Source of the DNA: Candidatus Sulfotelmatobacter sp.
GTDB lineage: Bacteria; Verrucomicrobiota; Verrucomicrobiia; Limisphaerales; UBA11358
Length of the DNA: 64,000 nucleotides
Assembly: GCA_035485115.1 (NCBI GenBank)
Contig: DATHOG010000166.1
Location: 1,621 to 65,620, forward strand
Reading direction: 5' to 3'
Shown: piece by piece, positions 54,816 through 64,000 of the stretch
Numbering within the stretch: the first letter of the stretch is position 1
How the letters are laid out: each line of letters starts with the position of its first letter
The notes under the pieces: generated by a model
The model's database searches: none
Seen by the model: the letters and a program-made list of their open reading frames with translations, nothing else
Told to the model about the DNA's origin: nothing
Translations under genes and position numbers: made by a program

Positions 54816-55820
54816 TCAGCCCGCCAAAACTTTTTCGTAAATGGTCTTGAACTGGCGCGCCACGTCCGGCCATGTCGCGGGTTTCGGCGGCGCGGGCAAG
54901 GTCGGCGCGTCCGCATAAAATTTTTTCAACGCGCCGGCGGTGGCGGCCACGGAATCCGTCACCGGGCAAAATTGCACGCCGGCGTCGAACGTGCTGCGCG
55001 CCCAGGGCAAATCACTTAATAAAAGCGGGCATTCGCAGGCGGAGGCCTCGAGCGCGGACAGGCTCAGGCTTTCCATCGCGCTCAGCAAAACAAAGCCCCG
55101 TGCGGCGCGGTAAACGTTTGCGAGCGCGGCCCGGTCGGAGATGCCGCCTTCGTAGCGGACGAGTTTTGGGTTTTGCTTCGCGAGCGCGAAGAATGCCTGT
55201 GCGTAGGCATCGTTTTCCGCGTAAGCCTTGCCGATGACCCATACCGGCGTTTGCGCGGTGACCGCGGCTTGCGCGAGTTCCAGCACCCGTTTGCGTTCGG
55301 TGATCGTCGCAGTGCACACGAGCCATTCACCGCGTTCGGTTTTGGGCGCGGCGAAGAATTCCGGCTCGACGCCGTTGGGCACCACAAAAATCTTTTCCGG
55401 CAACGCGCCGAATTTCAACTGCATCAATTGTTTTTCCCACGGCGTCAACGCCACGAGCGCGTCGGCGAGCCGGAAACTTTCCCAGCCGAAGGCCGTGGCG
55501 AGCGCCTTCGGGGCGAAGGTTTCAACACTACGGCGGAAGACGCGCCGGAGGTTCCGCTGGAAAGGAGTATGCGAGCCGGCGGCGGTCAGGAGTTCGGCCA
55601 TGACGACCTTGATGCCTTTTTGTCTGGCGAACTGCATCTGGTCAACCGGCATGCGCCCGACAAAATGGATCACATCCGCGGTCTGGGTGCCGTCCCACCA
55701 GCGCATGAATTCGGCTTGAATCCCAATCCCCTGCAACGCCAGCCGGGTCTGGTCAATCTGGGTTTGGACGCCGCCATGCGCCAACATGGCGGGAACATGG
55801 CGGTCGAACACGATTTTCAT
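54816..55820 (-). CDS. Glycosyltransferase, GT4/GT1-fold (tandem paralog A)
   Basis: MKIVFDRHVPAMLAHGGVQTQI...VVPNGVEPEFF...ERKRVLELA...GFVLLSAMESLSLSALEASACECPLLLSDLPW. Confidence 0.75.
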   Translation of the reverse strand: MKIVFDRHVPAMLAHGGVQTQIDQTRLALQGIGIQAEFMRWWDGTQTADVIHFVGRMPVDQMQFARQKGIKVVMAELLTAAGSHTPFQRNLRRVFRRSVETFAPKALATAFGWESFRLADALVALTPWEKQLMQLKFGALPEKIFVVPNGVEPEFFAAPKTERGEWLVCTATITERKRVLELAQAAVTAQTPVWVIGKAYAENDAYAQAFFALAKQNPKLVRYEGGISDRAALANVYRAARGFVLLSAMESLSLSALEASACECPLLLSDLPWARSTFDAGVQFCPVTDSVAATAGALKKFYADAPTLPAPPKPATWPDVARQFKTIYEKVLAG

Positions 55821-55837
55821 GATCGGGAAGTTTTCAT

Positions 55838-56854
55838 TCAATCCACGACGCGGCCGGCGATGACATCCTGATAAATGGTTTGTAACTGCCGGGCGACCTG
55901 CTGCCAGGTTGCCGGCGGCGGGGGCGGCGGCAGCGCGGGTGCTTCGGCATGGAAAATTTTCAGCGCGCCGGCGGTTTTGGCGGCGTCAACATTTACGGGG
56001 CAATAGCGGGCATGTTCCCCGAAGGTGCTTCGCGCCCAGGGCAGGTCGCTCAAAAATAGAGGGCAGCCGCTGGCGGCAGCTTCTTCCGCCGACAAACTGC
56101 GCGTTTCCATGGTGCTTAAAAGCACGAAGCCGCGCGCCGAGCGGTAAATCCGGGCCAGCTCCGCGCGGTCGCTGATGCCGCCGGCATATTTGATGTAACG
56201 GGGATTTTTTTCCGCGATCGAGAAAAAACGCTTCGCATAAGGATCGTCTTCCGAGTAAGCGCGTCCCAAAACCTGCAATGGCGTTTGGGCGATGACGGCG
56301 GCCCCGGCCAGTTCCAACACGCGTTTGCGTTCGGTGATGGTGGCGGTGCAGACGAGCCATTCATTGCGGGGAACCGGCGGTGTTTGAAAAAAAACATCCT
56401 CGACGCCGTTGGGCACCACAAAAATTTTCCCGGGACGGACGCCGAACTTGTAATGGAAAAGGTATTTTTCCCATCCGGTGTTGGCGATGCAGGCGTCGGC
56501 GATCCGGTAACTTTCCCAGCCGAACGCCTGCGCCATTATACGCGGCGCAAAATGTTCCACCCCCCAGCGGAAGACGCGACGCGCGCCACGCTGCCACGGT
56601 GTCTGGGAGCCTTGCCCGGTGAGGATGTTGGCGTGGACGACCTTGATCTTTTTCTGCCGGGCGAAGTTGATCTGATCCACGGGCATGATGCCGACGTAAT
56701 GGATCAGGTCACCCTCTTGTTTTTCATCCCACCAGCGGAGCGGTTCGACGTCGACCCCGATTTCGGCAAGCGCCGCCATGGTGCGTTGAATTTGCACGGC
56801 CTGTCCACCGTGGGCGAGGGAAAACGGCAGCGAACAGTGGAACAGGATCTTCAC
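55838..56854 (-). CDS. Glycosyltransferase, GT4/GT1-fold (tandem paralog B)
   Basis: MKILFHCSLPFSLAHGGQAVQI...VVPNGVEDVFF...ERKRVLELA...GFVLLSTMETRSLSAEEAAASGCPLFLSDLPW. Collinear with paralog A along its full length. Confidence 0.75.
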   Translation of the reverse strand: MKILFHCSLPFSLAHGGQAVQIQRTMAALAEIGVDVEPLRWWDEKQEGDLIHYVGIMPVDQINFARQKKIKVVHANILTGQGSQTPWQRGARRVFRWGVEHFAPRIMAQAFGWESYRIADACIANTGWEKYLFHYKFGVRPGKIFVVPNGVEDVFFQTPPVPRNEWLVCTATITERKRVLELAGAAVIAQTPLQVLGRAYSEDDPYAKRFFSIAEKNPRYIKYAGGISDRAELARIYRSARGFVLLSTMETRSLSAEEAAASGCPLFLSDLPWARSTFGEHARYCPVNVDAAKTAGALKIFHAEAPALPPPPPPATWQQVARQLQTIYQDVIAGRVVD

Positions 56855-56909
56855 GCGCCGAGGTTAATGGTTTGGAGGCATTCCGGCCAGCGGGTAAAAA
56901 TTTTACGGG

Positions 56910-57926
56910 TCATTTTCCGAGCAGCAGGGTTTTCATCACGGGAATTTGCCGGATGCCGCTCCCGATCAGGCAGGCGGCGAAACATAGGCCGGCCGCATAG
57001 GCCGGGGCGGCCAGCAGGCTGAACGCGATGGAATTTTTCCAAGGACCGGCGTATGTCATCAGGCCTTTGAGAAGGAAGTCCTGGATGATGTAGATATCAA
57101 GGCTCCGGCGTCCCCATTCCGCGAGCAGAGGAGACTTTTTATACCGGTAAATTGTGAACGCGACCAGGGTGAACAAGGCGGAGGCCAGCCCATTGATCAA
57201 CCAGCGCAACAAAACATTGTGCCAATTTCCGGCGAGCCGCATCCGGGTGGTATAGATATAGGTGTCCACGTTCCACAGAAAATAACCGGCGGCAACCGCC
57301 GCGCACAGAAAGACCCAGACCGTCCAGGGAACACGCGCCGGCAGGCGGATTTGACCCTGCCCGGCCAGCGCATACCCGAGGCAAAAAAACGGAAAGGTGT
57401 ATTTGAAGAGATAGATGCAGGCGCCGTCGGGTGCCAGAAGAAAAAGCGCCGTCGCGAGGGCAAAATATTCCAGGCGGTCCAGTTTGAATTTTTTTAAGAT
57501 GGCGACAACGAGCGTTGAGCCAAAAAGCGCCCAGAGAAACCACAGGCCCGGCCGGAAATGCCTGACCGTGTCCGACACGCCCTGCCAGCCGGCGGCCGGC
57601 TGTTGGCACAGTTGCCAGATGAGGACCAGCGACAGCGCGAGCAGCGGCCAGCAGATGGCCGGCAACAGGATCTGACGGAACCGTTTTCGAAGGTAGCCGG
57701 CCCAATCTGCGCCCGCCATGGAGTGTTGCGAAAGGTAGCCGCTCAACAACATGAACAGCGGCATATGAAACATGTAGAATGCCTTGAAGATCGGATCGTC
57801 ATAATACCTGGTCACATCGCCGCCGTAACCGATGTATTGGATGGCATGCCCCCACAACGTCATGAAAATCAAGGCGCCGCGCAAACAATCAATGAAATCG
57901 TTCCGTGATCCGGCGTTGGCTGGCAT
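56910..57926 (-). CDS. Acyltransferase-3 family membrane O-acyltransferase
   Basis: Start at MPANAGSRNDFIDCLRGALIFMTLWGHAIQY (complement of 57924-57926; alternative at 57974). About 10 TM helices. Confidence 0.7.
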   Translation of the reverse strand: MPANAGSRNDFIDCLRGALIFMTLWGHAIQYIGYGGDVTRYYDDPIFKAFYMFHMPLFMLLSGYLSQHSMAGADWAGYLRKRFRQILLPAICWPLLALSLVLIWQLCQQPAAGWQGVSDTVRHFRPGLWFLWALFGSTLVVAILKKFKLDRLEYFALATALFLLAPDGACIYLFKYTFPFFCLGYALAGQGQIRLPARVPWTVWVFLCAAVAAGYFLWNVDTYIYTTRMRLAGNWHNVLLRWLINGLASALFTLVAFTIYRYKKSPLLAEWGRRSLDIYIIQDFLLKGLMTYAGPWKNSIAFSLLAAPAYAAGLCFAACLIGSGIRQIPVMKTLLLGK

Positions 57927-58043
57927 AATACGTACCGGTATAATGGAACTCCCGCGTATCCGACCGCAAAACATTTCTGCGCCCGGCTCCGAATTTGCGG
58001 GTGTTTTGAATTTGAATTGAGTTCTACGGATGGTGCCGGAAGA

Positions 58044-59213
58044 ATGGGGGAAATGTCGTCCGCCGCCAGCATCCGCGTCATCCATGTGTTTCCGAACAGC
58101 GCGCGCCTGACTTGCGGCCCTTGCAACGCGGTCATCGCCTTTATTGAATGCCAGTTGCAGCACGGCCTGGATGTCCGGGCGATTTCACCGGCGGACCCCC
58201 ACATTCCGGTTGACCGGCGGCAGGCCATCGAACACCTGCCCATCACGGAATTCGACCCGGCAGGCGCCGCCCCTGAATCCGTGGCGCTGGCGGCCGCAGG
58301 CGATGCGCCGGCTGTCTTCCATTTCCACGGGCTCTCGCCGTGGTCCGATCAGCTTGCCCGGACGCTACGGAAAAAAGGCATTCCCTATGTCTTCACTTCG
58401 CACGGCCAGTTGAATTTTCACGGAGCCGTTCACGGGCTGAAAAAAACCGTCTATCTCAACTTCGTCAACCGCTTTGTCAGAAATGCCGGCGGGCTTCATT
58501 TCTTCACCGGCTGCGAGGCCCGTTGGTGCAAACTTCTGCTGCCGTTTTGGCGCGGCAAAAGCCTGGTGCTGCATAACCTGATCCGCCTGGAAGAAGTGCC
58601 GGCGGCGGCCGCCCGCCCGCGCGGACCGCTGGGGATTGCGGCGGACGCATTTGTTTTCGCGTATTTGGGGCGGCTTGACGTGGAATGCAAGGGGCTCGAC
58701 TGTTTGATGGCGGCTTTCGCCCGCCTGGCGGCGGACAGAAACGTTTTTCTGGTGCTGATCGGTCCGGATTTTAAAATGGGCCGGCAAACTTTGGAGGCAC
58801 AGGCCCGCCGGCTGGGATGCGGCGAAAAAGTGCGGTTTACGGGTCCGCAAACCGGCCGGGCAAAATGGGAATTTCTGAAGCTGGCGGATGCCTTTGTGTT
58901 TCCTTCCCGCTGGGAGGCCTTTGGCATCGCGCTCGTCGAGGCTGCCGCAGCCGGTCTGCCGGTCATCGTCTCCCGGCAGATCAATATCGCGCCCGAACTC
59001 AAGGCTTGCGCCGCCGCGTTGGAAAGCCCGTTGTCCGCAACCGCATTGAGCCAGGCCATGTCGCGGCTCCTGTCTGACGAAACCCTAAGACGGTCTTTGT
59101 CCGCTGCCGCCCGGCGTTGGGTGATGGATACCTGCTCCTATGAGCCGGCCGGACCGCGCTTTGTGGAATTCTACCAGTCGGTCTGGTCCGGCCGGAACAA
59201 GCACGGGACTTGA
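58044..59213 (+). CDS. Glycosyltransferase family 4
   Basis: Start at MGEMSSAASIRVIHVFPNS. C-terminal GT-B motif: FVFPSRWEAFGIALVEAAAAGLPVIVS. Confidence 0.8.
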   Translation: MGEMSSAASIRVIHVFPNSARLTCGPCNAVIAFIECQLQHGLDVRAISPADPHIPVDRRQAIEHLPITEFDPAGAAPESVALAAAGDAPAVFHFHGLSPWSDQLARTLRKKGIPYVFTSHGQLNFHGAVHGLKKTVYLNFVNRFVRNAGGLHFFTGCEARWCKLLLPFWRGKSLVLHNLIRLEEVPAAAARPRGPLGIAADAFVFAYLGRLDVECKGLDCLMAAFARLAADRNVFLVLIGPDFKMGRQTLEAQARRLGCGEKVRFTGPQTGRAKWEFLKLADAFVFPSRWEAFGIALVEAAAAGLPVIVSRQINIAPELKACAAALESPLSATALSQAMSRLLSDETLRRSLSAAARRWVMDTCSYEPAGPRFVEFYQSVWSGRNKHGT

Positions 59214-59228
59214 GAACTGCCGGGTGCA

Positions 59229-60218
59229 TCAGCCCGTCACGCAGGGAGCGGCGAGGTGTTTTTCCACGAACGTTTCCACGCGCGGCCAGACTTCGTCCAC
59301 GGTGACGTCGTGCAGGCAGAACGGTTTTTCAAAACGGCAATAATCGGCGCAGGGTTTGTAAGGGCAGGCGCGGCCTTCGAAAATTTCCGCCGCCGGGTGA
59401 AGCGGCCGCCACCATTCGTGCATGGACGGGCCGTAGAGCGTGAAGGTGGGTACGCCGCTGATGGCAGCGAGGTGGGCCGGGCCCGAACAGTTGCCGATGA
59501 AGACAGCGGCCTGGTCAATGTGCGTGAACAGTTCACTGACGGTTTGCGGGCAGGCGGAAGGTTCACCGTGATCCTGCCACCACGCGAGCTGATCGGGATC
59601 GCAGGCTATCCGGACGGAAAAATTATCTTTCCGCAGCCGCGAGGCAATGACATGAAAATTTTCCAAGGGCCAGACGCGGGCGGGCAGGCGGGCGCCGGAA
59701 TGGATCAAAACCGCGGATTGCCCTGGACGCGCCGGGACGGCGAGTTCATTTTGCGCCGGCAGATCAAGACCGAGCGCGCGGCCGGCTTCACGCCAGTATT
59801 CATATTGGTGGGCGAGCGGTCCCGGGCGGTTTAGCGCATGGGTCAGGTACCGGCGGCTTTTGAGGCGGGAGAAGCCGAACCGCTGCCGCGCCCCGGTGTA
59901 TTTCATGAAGAGATGATCGCGCGGGTCCCAACGGGCGGAGACGGCGTAATCAAATTGTTGCGCGGCGAGGCGGCGGCGCAGCCGGGACATTTCCAGCCAC
60001 GGCCAGCGCCACATCTCATATTTGCCGTGGAATACGGTCCACGGCGCGTGAAATGGCTCAACCTTTACAGACGGCCAGAGGCGGGGAGCGAGTTCCCGGG
60101 CGAACGGTTTGGCGACGAGCGTGACGGAAAATTTTTTTTCGGCGGCCTGCAGGAACGGCGTGGCGACGGCCAGGTCGCCAAGACCCCAAAATTGCAGGAC
60201 GAGCAGCCGGGGTTTCAC
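59229..60218 (-). CDS. Glycosyltransferase family 9 (heptosyltransferase-like)
   Basis: MKPRLLVLQFWGLGDLAVATPFLQAA..., ...FIGNCSGPAHLAAISGVPTFTLYGPS. Confidence 0.8.
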   Translation of the reverse strand: MKPRLLVLQFWGLGDLAVATPFLQAAEKKFSVTLVAKPFARELAPRLWPSVKVEPFHAPWTVFHGKYEMWRWPWLEMSRLRRRLAAQQFDYAVSARWDPRDHLFMKYTGARQRFGFSRLKSRRYLTHALNRPGPLAHQYEYWREAGRALGLDLPAQNELAVPARPGQSAVLIHSGARLPARVWPLENFHVIASRLRKDNFSVRIACDPDQLAWWQDHGEPSACPQTVSELFTHIDQAAVFIGNCSGPAHLAAISGVPTFTLYGPSMHEWWRPLHPAAEIFEGRACPYKPCADYCRFEKPFCLHDVTVDEVWPRVETFVEKHLAAPCVTG

Positions 60219-60221
60219 GGT

Positions 60222-61766
60222 TCAAACAGGCGCGGCGACAGCCGGCCGGGGCAGGCGGCGGATGGGCGTTGGGACGACGGCGGGTTTTTTCGGGCGGCAG
60301 ACACCCCAGTTGAAGGCCACGCTGAAACCGGTCAATTTGGCGATTCCGCCGACATTGTCACAATAGGCGCCGAACATGAAGAAGTAGCTGAACAAACCAA
60401 TAATGGTCATTACCAGCCAGAAACGATTGAAAGTTTTTATTTCCTCATCGCCATAACGATAGTTGCATATAAGTATGTACAGGCTTGCCGCCGTCAGCCA
60501 GAGGTAGCTGATCATACCCCAGATACCAAACGGCATCAGCGTGGACAAGGGGCCGTTGTGATAGTCCATGGAGACGGCCAAGCCTTGTCCGCTGGCATCG
60601 AGGTTTTCCCCCGAGTTGACAAAAGTGCCGCCGCCCATGTAATTGAAATCGTCCGCCTGCAACGAGTAGCCTTTCCCGAGCAACAGGTATTGCGGCACCT
60701 TCGGCCAGACATCGCGCCACATGGCTTCGCGCCAGGCCTTGCTGCCATCCGCATCAATTTGAACCTGGGGGTCCAGTTTGAGCGGCAGGAAAGAAATGGA
60801 ACGCTGCAGCGTGACCGGCAATTTATCAGCGAATGGAAAAATCATCGCCGCCCCGACAAACAAGCCCAAAAGCACCACCGGCAGCAGGCGGGAACGGTGC
60901 AATCCTTCCAAGAAAAACAGCAAGGTGAACATCATGCCCATGCCGATGAAAACGATGCGAAAACCACCAAGCAGGGACACGACAACGGAAAAGACGAACA
61001 ACAACTGCCGCCAAGTCGGCCCCATCAAGACGCCCCGCAGGCCGTATTTTACCAGCATGAAAAGGTACACGACGCCGGCAGAAGACGCCAGCGCAGTAAA
61101 CCGGACAGACGCGATTCCCTGCGTCTGGTCGACCTGGTCCATCGCCACCCCCGACGGCGGAAAAAGCAAGTTGACGTAATTCAACGGCGCGGGCAGCAAC
61201 GGAAACAGGTCGCTGATAAAGCCGGGCGAAGCCGCCAGACAAATCAGCGCTATGTAGAGGCCGCGTTTTTCCTTCGGGATTTTCCGGCTCGTGAGTGCGA
61301 AAAAGGTGGCTATGCCCAAGAAAACGTCCAGATACTTTTTCCCTCCCCCCGTGCTGCCGCCAAGCGAGTGCAGACCGATGCCGCCGGTCAGATACGCGGT
61401 CAGGTACACCATCCCCAGCGTAAACATGAGCGGCCAGACGAATACCGGCGCGCTGATGAACCGCCGGTCGCTGTTCAACGTCCGTTCGATGACGGACAGG
61501 CCGAGGCTCAACATGACCACCGCCTCCCACAGCGGCGGCTTGCCGGGCAGAAAAAAACATACCGCCGGGCAGCCCAGGCCGAACAACAGGATGGGATAAT
61601 GCCACTTGATAAAAATTGGCGAAGCAATCAGGACCGCCAGAAATGCGAAGAATCCCATCGTGCCATAGTCCAGCGGATCGCACAACAGCCAGCCCACCAG
61701 TGCCGCGAGCGGAATGATCACCACGTAGGTGACCAGCAACCGGATGGCTTGGGCGGGATTTGTCAT
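60222..61766 (-). CDS. O-antigen ligase/polymerase-like (Wzy_C-type) polytopic membrane protein
   Basis: Start at MTNPAQAIRLL. At least 10 TM helices, with a periplasmic loop carrying ...SMDYHNGPLSTLMPFGIWGM (HN...G..G pattern). Its stop lies 3 nt before the GT9 start. Confidence 0.6.
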   Translation of the reverse strand: MTNPAQAIRLLVTYVVIIPLAALVGWLLCDPLDYGTMGFFAFLAVLIASPIFIKWHYPILLFGLGCPAVCFFLPGKPPLWEAVVMLSLGLSVIERTLNSDRRFISAPVFVWPLMFTLGMVYLTAYLTGGIGLHSLGGSTGGGKKYLDVFLGIATFFALTSRKIPKEKRGLYIALICLAASPGFISDLFPLLPAPLNYVNLLFPPSGVAMDQVDQTQGIASVRFTALASSAGVVYLFMLVKYGLRGVLMGPTWRQLLFVFSVVVSLLGGFRIVFIGMGMMFTLLFFLEGLHRSRLLPVVLLGLFVGAAMIFPFADKLPVTLQRSISFLPLKLDPQVQIDADGSKAWREAMWRDVWPKVPQYLLLGKGYSLQADDFNYMGGGTFVNSGENLDASGQGLAVSMDYHNGPLSTLMPFGIWGMISYLWLTAASLYILICNYRYGDEEIKTFNRFWLVMTIIGLFSYFFMFGAYCDNVGGIAKLTGFSVAFNWGVCRPKKPAVVPTPIRRLPRPAVAAPV

Positions 61767-61819
61767 GGCTTCAACAGACGGCGGAAGATAAACCACGTGC
61801 ACGGCCGCTTCAACTGCAA

Positions 61820-63016
61820 TCAACCTAGCGGGGCCCGCACCCGCTCACGCACCCGGTTCAAGATCGGCAATGAAAAATACCGGTAAACCAACACTGCCAA
61901 GCAAAAAGTAAAAACGACTGGAACAACGACTTTGCATACATATACCGGGATACTTCCCTTCGAGGGCCCCCAAATGTTATGCCACCATCCAACCAGTGGT
62001 CCATGGAGCAAAAACCATTCAAAACTTACGATGCCAATAAAGCGCAACCAGCGCGATGACAAAAGCCGGGCTCCGAAACAATTTGCGTCATAAACAAAAA
62101 AAAGGAGCAAAAAAGTCGAGAAGGTCGGGAGATACTTAAATGTTTCAATGCTCCAATACTGAGCATAGTCCTGAACGCTTGGGTTCAAGCTTACACCGTA
62201 AGCCCAAAAGCAAAGCGTGAAAACAAGCAATCCAGCGCCGGCGTAACCGAGTACGGCCAGGTTTTTTTTAGCGTTTAAGCGCGGTTTATTTTTGACATAG
62301 CTGGCTGCGAAAACCACCCCGAAGGCAAAACTATCCACCACACAAAGAGGAAAGCGTTGGATAAAAAAACTTATCTCCGTGTTCGTGTGGCTGTGGGGCA
62401 GAAAGGACATCCCTGCCGGCCAGGCTACTAGCCTCAAAAAAAAGGGCGCCAAAAAAAGTGGCGTGACGATTGCAATTGCAGATGAGCCCAGAGCAAGCCC
62501 GCGCGTCAAATAGAAAAGAATTGGCAGCAAAATATAAAAATGCGCCTCGACCATGAGGCTCCAGTATGAAAGGTTAAAGGGAACCAGCGACAAGACATAG
62601 CTGTTCCAGCCGCTCGCCCAACGCAGCCCGTCAAACACGTAATTTATATCGTGGAACTGAATCCAATAAAAGGGGATGAACAGTGCGATTGACAGATAAA
62701 AGGGTGGAAGTATTTTTGCAAGGCGTCGCCTGGCATAACCTTGCACATACCAGGAGGCGGGATTTTTCTCCCGCTCTTTAAAAAAAGGATAAGAAATCAA
62801 AAAACCGGATAATACAAAAAAAACCGGCACGCCCATCCATCCTGAAAAAATAAGATAGCTGATAATGGTCGCGAGATGTGACGTGGAAGGATTCACGTAA
62901 AAGCAATGAAATAAAATTACCAGCAATATGGCAACACCCCGCAACCCATCCAGCACATCGAAATGGCTGCCGGTGCTTGGCAGGATTTCCCATCGTTTTA
63001 GTTTGGCCTCTGACAT
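61820..63016 (-). CDS. Acyltransferase-3 family membrane O-acyltransferase (visibly AT-richer gene)
   Basis: MSEAKLKRWEILPSTGSHFDVLDGLRGVAILLVILFHCF...GWMGVPVFFVLSGFLISYPF. Contains many A/T homopolymer runs, unlike its neighbours. Confidence 0.8.
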   Translation of the reverse strand: MSEAKLKRWEILPSTGSHFDVLDGLRGVAILLVILFHCFYVNPSTSHLATIISYLIFSGWMGVPVFFVLSGFLISYPFFKEREKNPASWYVQGYARRRLAKILPPFYLSIALFIPFYWIQFHDINYVFDGLRWASGWNSYVLSLVPFNLSYWSLMVEAHFYILLPILFYLTRGLALGSSAIAIVTPLFLAPFFLRLVAWPAGMSFLPHSHTNTEISFFIQRFPLCVVDSFAFGVVFAASYVKNKPRLNAKKNLAVLGYAGAGLLVFTLCFWAYGVSLNPSVQDYAQYWSIETFKYLPTFSTFLLLFFVYDANCFGARLLSSRWLRFIGIVSFEWFLLHGPLVGWWHNIWGPSKGSIPVYVCKVVVPVVFTFCLAVLVYRYFSLPILNRVRERVRAPLG

Positions 63017-63094
63017 CGCGCGGATTATCAATTGTCCGCGCGGAAGTTGAAAGTTGAAAACACAGCCGGTTTTCCGTCAAGATGGGCGGCCGCA

Positions 63095-64000
63095 ATGCAA
63101 CAAAACGTCAAAGAAAATATCGCCGGACTCAAAGCCCGGCTTTTGGCCGGCGACCCGCAATTTTGGCCCTTGCTGAAACCGGCCTCACGGGAGGCGCTCG
63201 ATTTTGAAGAATTATTTTTACTCTCGTCCCTTCGCAAAAAGGCGCACGCGCGCAACCTCGCCCGGCCCGGACCACCGAAGGAAAAACTCCGTTTCGCCAT
63301 TGTCGGCGGGTACAGCCTGTATCCGCTCCATGAACTCATCGAGCATCTTTGTGAAGTGGAAAATCTGCCGCTCGAACTCTGGCAGGGCGACTACGACAAT
63401 TATATTTCTGAAGTCATGGATGACGGCAGCGAACTCTATTCGTTCGCGCCCCAGGTCATCTTCATGCTGCCGGCCGAACGCCGCTGTGTTTATACCGGCA
63501 AGTTGACCGATCCGCGCGAAACGCAACAGGCGGAAGCTAAAAATGTGGTGGACTCGGTTTTGGAACTGGCGCGCAAGGCGAATGAAAAAAGCGGCGCCGA
63601 AATCATCACCACCAATTTCATGCTGCCCGCGCGGCACGACCTTGGTGCCTTTCGCGCGCGCACCCTGGGCTCGGACTGGAGTTTTCGCAAGTGGACGAAC
63701 CTCGAACTGGGCTTGAACGCGCCCGCCTACCTGCATCTTTGCGATTGGGAGTTTTTGGCAAACCGCCTCGGCGGCCTGGCCGCGCGTGATGAACGCTCGT
63801 GGTTCGAGAGCAAACAGCCTTGTTCGTCCGCGCTGCTCGTGGAGCTGGCGCGCGAGGTGGCGCATCTTATTTTTTCACTCAAACGCGCGCCGAAGAAAGT
63901 TTTGGTCCTGGATCTGGACAACACGCTTTGGGGCGGCGTGGTGGCTGATGACGGGCTGGAAGGCATTGAGCTGGGGGACACTTCGCCGCGCGGCGAGGCC
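63095..64000 (+). CDS. FkbH-like HAD-superfamily IIIC phosphatase domain protein (3' end off the window)
   Basis: Absent from the ORF track because it is open-ended. Hand translation gives MQQNVKENIAGLKARLLAGDPQFW...KLRFAIVGGYSLYPL...KKVLVLDLDNTLWGGVVADDGLEGIELGDTSPRGEA. The LDLDNTLWGGV...G.E.I.LG motif is the FkbH/HAD-IIIC signature. Confidence 0.75.
   Translation, partial: MQQNVKENIAGLKARLLAGDPQFWPLLKPASREALDFEELFLLSSLRKKAHARNLARPGPPKEKLRFAIVGGYSLYPLHELIEHLCEVENLPLELWQGDYDNYISEVMDDGSELYSFAPQVIFMLPAERRCVYTGKLTDPRETQQAEAKNVVDSVLELARKANEKSGAEIITTNFMLPARHDLGAFRARTLGSDWSFRKWTNLELGLNAPAYLHLCDWEFLANRLGGLAARDERSWFESKQPCSSALLVELAREVAHLIFSLKRAPKKVLVLDLDNTLWGGVVADDGLEGIELGDTSPRGEA

Noticed and set aside
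59838-61886. 682-aa plus-strand ORF opposite the GT9 and O-antigen-ligase-like genes
   Set aside because: The translation is extremely Arg/Gln/His/Pro-rich, without domains, and spans two well-supported minus-strand genes.

Overview
This 64-kb window is a GC-rich chromosomal segment. By inference it comes from a PVC-group bacterium, most likely Verrucomicrobiota. The pointers are a DUF1559/H-X9-DG prepilin-like protein, giant Asn/Thr/Gly-rich secreted proteins, Tat-signal CAZymes and very long antisense shadow ORFs. There are no rRNA genes, tRNA genes, CRISPR arrays or transposase genes.

Gene content falls into four blocks:
1. 1-24.4 kb is a polysaccharide-degradation island. It holds a Gfo/Idh/MocA oxidoreductase, DUF1080, GH43, GH125, a multidomain PL8 lyase, GH5, a TMTC-like TPR membrane protein, a NarL-type two-component system, a 1634-aa secreted CBM-bearing protein coupled to a pseudopilin-like gene, GH3 and an alginate-lyase-fold protein.
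2. 24.4-34.6 kb is housekeeping: dprA, a double-U32 Fe-S protein, an HDAC-like deacetylase, prmC, murA and a Ser/Thr kinase. It is interrupted by a small toxin-antitoxin cassette and a MITE-like element.
3. 35-44.3 kb carries an LptE-like/BamD-like pair. It also carries an unusual MglA-MglB-PilT locus with extra Roadblock-like proteins and a divergent REC-DUF4388 operon.
4. 44.4-64 kb is a glycan/LPS-type cluster: GtrA, GtrB-like GT2, an FAD oxidoreductase, two SDR epimerases, three unassigned polytopic membrane proteins, a methyltransferase, three GT4, GT9, an O-antigen-ligase-like protein, two acyltransferases and a partial FkbH-like phosphatase.

The best candidate for an undescribed system is the expanded MglA GTPase/PilT/Roadblock/REC-DUF4388 locus.

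Other findings read directly from the sequence:
- a 374-bp element with 25-bp terminal inverted repeats and an 8-bp target duplication, sitting on the kinase stop codon
- a TA cassette bracketed by a duplicated murA 3' end, with a frameshifted toxin
- a perfect 52-bp palindrome
- a recurring CCCCCTC-N4-GAGGGGG motif upstream of CAZyme genes
- two non-triplet tandem repeats inside the U32 gene

All family assignments rest on motif recognition by eye. No searches were run, and domain boundaries are approximate.
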